The notes under the pieces: model-generated
Database searches by the model: none
What the model was told of the DNA's origin: nothing
What the model saw: the letters and a program-made list of their open reading frames with translations, nothing else
Made by a program: the position numbers and the translations under genes
Shown: piece after piece, positions 60,733-64,000 of the stretch
How the letters are laid out: every line of letters begins with the position of its first letter
How positions within the stretch are numbered: the first letter of the stretch is position 1
Assembly: GCA_950097015.1 (NCBI GenBank)
Contig: CATNEN010000031.1
Span: 930,001-994,000, forward strand
DNA from: Macrostomum hystrix
Taxonomy: Eukaryota > Animalia > Platyhelminthes
Direction of reading: 5' to 3'
DNA length: 64,000 nt

Positions 60733-63036
60733 TCACGGCAGTGTCTGGCTGTAGATGTCCTTTGCGTTCCTGATGAACTCGTAGACGCACGGCCTGGCGC
60801 AGGCGTCGGAGTCCAGGCTGCACTGGCACTGCTCGGGCAGTCGGACAATCGCATCGATTAGGTGCAGCAGCGCTTTGAGGTGCGACTTCTCCACCGAGAT
60901 GGCACTGACGCGATCGCAGTCTTTGCCCTCCAGCAGGCATGGCTTGAAGTCCTTCTCTACCGAGTCGATCGCCTTCTCCTTGATGGCCTGGCAAAGCGGG
61001 GTTTGAGGATGATTGAGCGTATGGCTGCATTCAAATTCGATGTCAACAGTTTCCTAAGAAAGTACAAAGGGCGGAAGGCTCACCTGCTCGTCAATGCTGG
61101 GTCCTGACAGCAGGGCGTTGGCCACTTCAACAAGAACCCTGACCTTGCGCAGATTGTTGTAGGCACAGCTTCGCAGGCAGCTCTCGATGGAACGATCGCA
61201 GCTGCACAGATCAGGCAGGTCCAGGCTCTGCGGGATCTTGAGCAATCTCCGGCCATGCTCAAAGTCAAGCGAGCTGCCGGGCAAACAATTGCGTCCCTCA
61301 GGATGCAGTCCTGCAGCTGCTGGTCGGTTGGCAGTTTAACGGACCTCTTACTCAGGCCAGTCTGGGTATATTGGCTTTCCCGAATAATTCGTATTCCGGC
61401 TCCTACAGAGATGCTCTAAAAAGCAACAGAACTACTTACTAGAGATTGCAAAGGTTAAAAAATGATCAAAACCCTTTGAAGCCAAGCCATTGATCAATTA
61501 AATATGGTATATGCCAACTTTTATGCTTTTATGCCAACTATATGCCAAGTTTTAGAATGTCGCTTCAAAGCAAGTCGCAACTGAATAACATTGCTAGAAA
61601 AGTAGCAAAAGTATTAAAAGTACACTCAGCAACATTGAAACGTTTCCACCCTAGCGCACGATGGGTCAACGTTTTGGTAGGTGGAGATATTTGTGGTTTG
61701 AGCCATAGACAGATATAAAATCCGGATTCGAACGAAGCAAAGGAACAGCAAAGAAAGTACGCGAGCATGGGTGCCAACTTGCCCAGAACAGGGTCAGTAA
61801 CGCGTACAGCAGCCACGTGCGTGCAGCAGAGCGCACACTCTCCGGGCATACCCACAACCAGGCGTCGCAGAAAATCTTGCGGTAGCTGTTGCCATGCAGT
61901 AGACAGTGATTCGCGGTAGACAGTGATTCCGAAGTAGTCAGTCCTTCAGATGCACCACAGCGGCTGCGCGATGCGGTGGGGCGTTGTCGTCTTGGAGGAC
62001 GCTGTTCCCCACGCCACCACATGAAGCATCAATGAAGGGCAGCAGCGTCTGTAGAAGGTTGGCTTGGCAAAAAAATTGGCAAATACGACTCGGCAGTCAC
62101 AGTCGCATCCAGGAACACAAGCTCCGTCTTTGCGTGCACTGTGATGCCTGCCCACACGTGAATAGAAGCTGACTGGCTCTCTGAGTTTTGCACGTGCTGC
62201 GGCAGCATCTCCTGGCGTGGCTGGCGCCACACTCGAATGCGGCCGTCGGCACGGAACAATCGAAAGCGGCTATCATCCGAGAAAATCACTCGCCGCCACT
62301 GCTGCTGCCTCCACTGGACCCTTTGCATTGCCCATTGTTGCCGGCTGGCCACATGGGTTGGGGTCAGGCGTGGCCGTTTGCGCATCTTACGGTATCAGAG
62401 CCCCGACTCCCGCTATTGTCGTCGGATGGTTTGGGCGCTCAGAATATCCCCTCGCCTGCTTCTTTCAGCCCACATCAGCCGTAGCAAGGTGGCTGTCAAT
62501 GTGGGGCTTCCCTTCGACATTCGCAGCAATCGCCGGTCCGCCCTCCTAGTTGTACTGCGCATATTGAGCCGCCGGCCGCGCGTGGCTAGCGCCACGCTGC
62601 CAGTTTCTCTGCACTTGATCTGCAGTTTGCGGATTGCTGTGCGAGACCGCCCAATTTGGCGAGTAATAGCTCGGATGGACACCCCAGCGTCCAGCATGCC
62701 AACGGCGCGCGCTCGTTCCAGGTCGGTCATTTGGCGAACCATTCCGTTTGGTTGCGAACGTGGATCATAGACTCCTCTAAGCTGACTGCTACATGTGAAT
62801 GTTTCCTTCGACTTGTCTGGCGTCTATGGCCTAAGTGCGTGTTGACGAAATCATCAATCGTCTATGGCACAAGTCTGGCGACAAAAAACCGGTTTTGAAA
62901 CTCTAAATATACAACTTGCGCGAGGGTGGAAACTTTTCAATGTTGCTGAGTGTATATTAACTACTCGAACGATGAAATAAGTAGCACTCACCGAAACCGC
63001 CATCAACAAGATGATTGTCAGCTGAATCCGAGCCAT
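60733..63036 (-). CDS. Uncharacterised putative secreted Cys-rich protein, 3 exons (63036-62992, 61361-61084, 60987-60733), about 192 aa, with one apparent 1-bp deletion
   Basis: Signal-peptide-like MARIQLTIILLMAVS followed by a GTGAGT donor. Exons 2 and 3 are joined by a phase-0 GTGAG..CAG intron. Two homologous 6-Cys domains (LP..CxC-x6-C-x3-CxY..[LI]R). Exon 2 is 278 nt, one base short of phase 0. Confidence 0.6.
61623..62952 (-). mobile_element. Degenerate Tc1/mariner DNA transposon (Tc1-like), 1330 bp
   Basis: 36-bp TIRs CACTCAGCAACATTGAAA(C/A)GTTTCCACCCT(A/C)GCGCA with 2 mismatches. TA TSD at 61621-61622 and 62953-62954. Transposase remnants: paired-like HTH, VIFSDDSRF, VWAGI, LQDDNAPPHR, W..LPQ..L..LV.GMP. 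In-frame stops at 62413 and 62395, frameshifts, and loss of the SPDLNPIE segment. Confidence 0.93.
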
Positions 63037-63694
63037 TAATGTCAATTGTAGTAAGGTCAATCTTAAGAACAGGCCGAGAATTCTGAACTCACGTGAACTG
63101 GGCGCGCAAACTTGCTGACTGACTGTTCACTTACGGAGGAAGTGGTATTTATAGAAGACCTCGCATAGCATTATCTAATCTGTTTGAGGCACATTTAGTT
63201 CTCTATCCTTAGTCGACGCTGATTGGCTGTGAATGTCGCCCTTTACTTTCGTCCACCACTTTCTCACCCTTTCTCACAACTGAGGCGGCAGTGCTAGCTG
63301 TTAGACAATAGCCAATGCTCCATAGTTTAGAAGTCATTTGAAACAGTCCAGAAATGCTTAGTAGAAACAATGGAATAGGCATTTTAGTTATAACAAAAAC
63401 TGTGCCCTATTGTCTGAAACAGCCTTGAATCGATGCTTTCTGTGCGTGTCCCAGAAGACCCTCCAAAAATCGCCAGATTTTTTACTTTTTATGACTGAAG
63501 ACTTGTCACATTCTGTGACTGTCTAAAAACTGATTTCAAGACTGCATTGTGTGATTTCTATTAGGAAGAGTATACAAACGTATAGCCAAGCCTTTTTGAA
63601 TTTGCACTTTCAGTCCAAAATTTCCGCTAGTCTACTTTTAAATTAAAATAACTATTCATTGAGTTGAAATTCAGTTTTCTGCCTCTTAAACGCT

Positions 63695-63975
63695 GACAAC
63701 CAGCTGCTGTCTCATTGACAACCAGCTGCTGTCTCCTTGACACCCAGCTGCTGTCTCCTTGACAACCAGCTGCTGTCTCCTTGACACCCAGCTGCTGTCT
63801 CCTTGACAACCAGCTGCTGTCTCCTTGACAAACAGCTGCTGTCTCCCTGACACCTATCTGCTGTCTCCCTGACAACCAGCTGCTGTCTCCCTGACAACCA
63901 GCTGCTGTCTCCTTGACAACCAGCTGCTGTCTCCCTGACACCCAGCTGCTGTCTCCCTGTCACCCAGTTGCTGTC
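63695..63975. repeat. Minisatellite, 22-bp unit (C/T)TGACA(A/C)CCAGCTGCTGTCTCC, about 12 copies
   Basis: Direct reading. Confidence 0.93.
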
Positions 63976-64000
63976 GAAGGATATCTGATATTCAATACAA

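Noticed and set aside
896-60790. Scattered CTGATGA motifs as possible hammerhead ribozymes
   Set aside because: None showed a stem II followed by GAAA and a matching cleavage triplet on inspection.
62854-63060. 68-aa ORF suggesting the Tc1 interrupts a coding exon
   Set aside because: A strong GTGAGT donor at 62991 ends the exon before the insertion, so the read-through into the TIR is intronic.
2697-63975. CRISPR-like appearance of regular repeats
   Set aside because: Units are head-to-tail with no unique spacers, there are no cas genes, and the context is eukaryotic.
321-63975. Apparent excess of unit lengths divisible by 3
   Set aside because: By my count about 15 of 33 units are 3n against about 11 expected, too weak to claim.

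Overview
Eukaryotic (metazoan) genomic DNA, not prokaryotic. It has GC-rich exons with poly-Gln/poly-Ala tracts, GT-AG introns, AT-rich spacers and about 35 distinct minisatellite arrays. This style resembles the flatworm Macrostomum, but that is an inference. Eight spliced protein-coding genes can be rebuilt with consistent splice phases: ABHD11 (+, 5'-truncated) and, all on the minus strand, an orphan rhodopsin-like peptide GPCR, TAF2, a WSC-type xylosyltransferase, a Josephin deubiquitinase, folliculin (two apparent +1 frameshifts, no ATG in its first homologous exon), a FOXN2/3 factor with an AT-hook, and an unrecognised secreted protein made of two copies of a 6-Cys domain. A dead Tc1-like transposon (36-bp TIRs, TA TSD) and several tRNA-derived SINE-like copies are also present. 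Most long ORFs in the supplied track are artefacts of tandem repeats. Main leads: (1) almost every intron carries its own private minisatellite, often abutting or copying splice sites; (2) FLCN may take its initiator Met from a flatworm-type spliced leader ending in AUG, within a co-oriented, possibly polycistronic cluster; (3) the novel duplicated 6-Cys secreted protein. No CRISPR array, rRNA gene or true tRNA gene was found. All homology statements come from my recall of family motifs; no database search was run.
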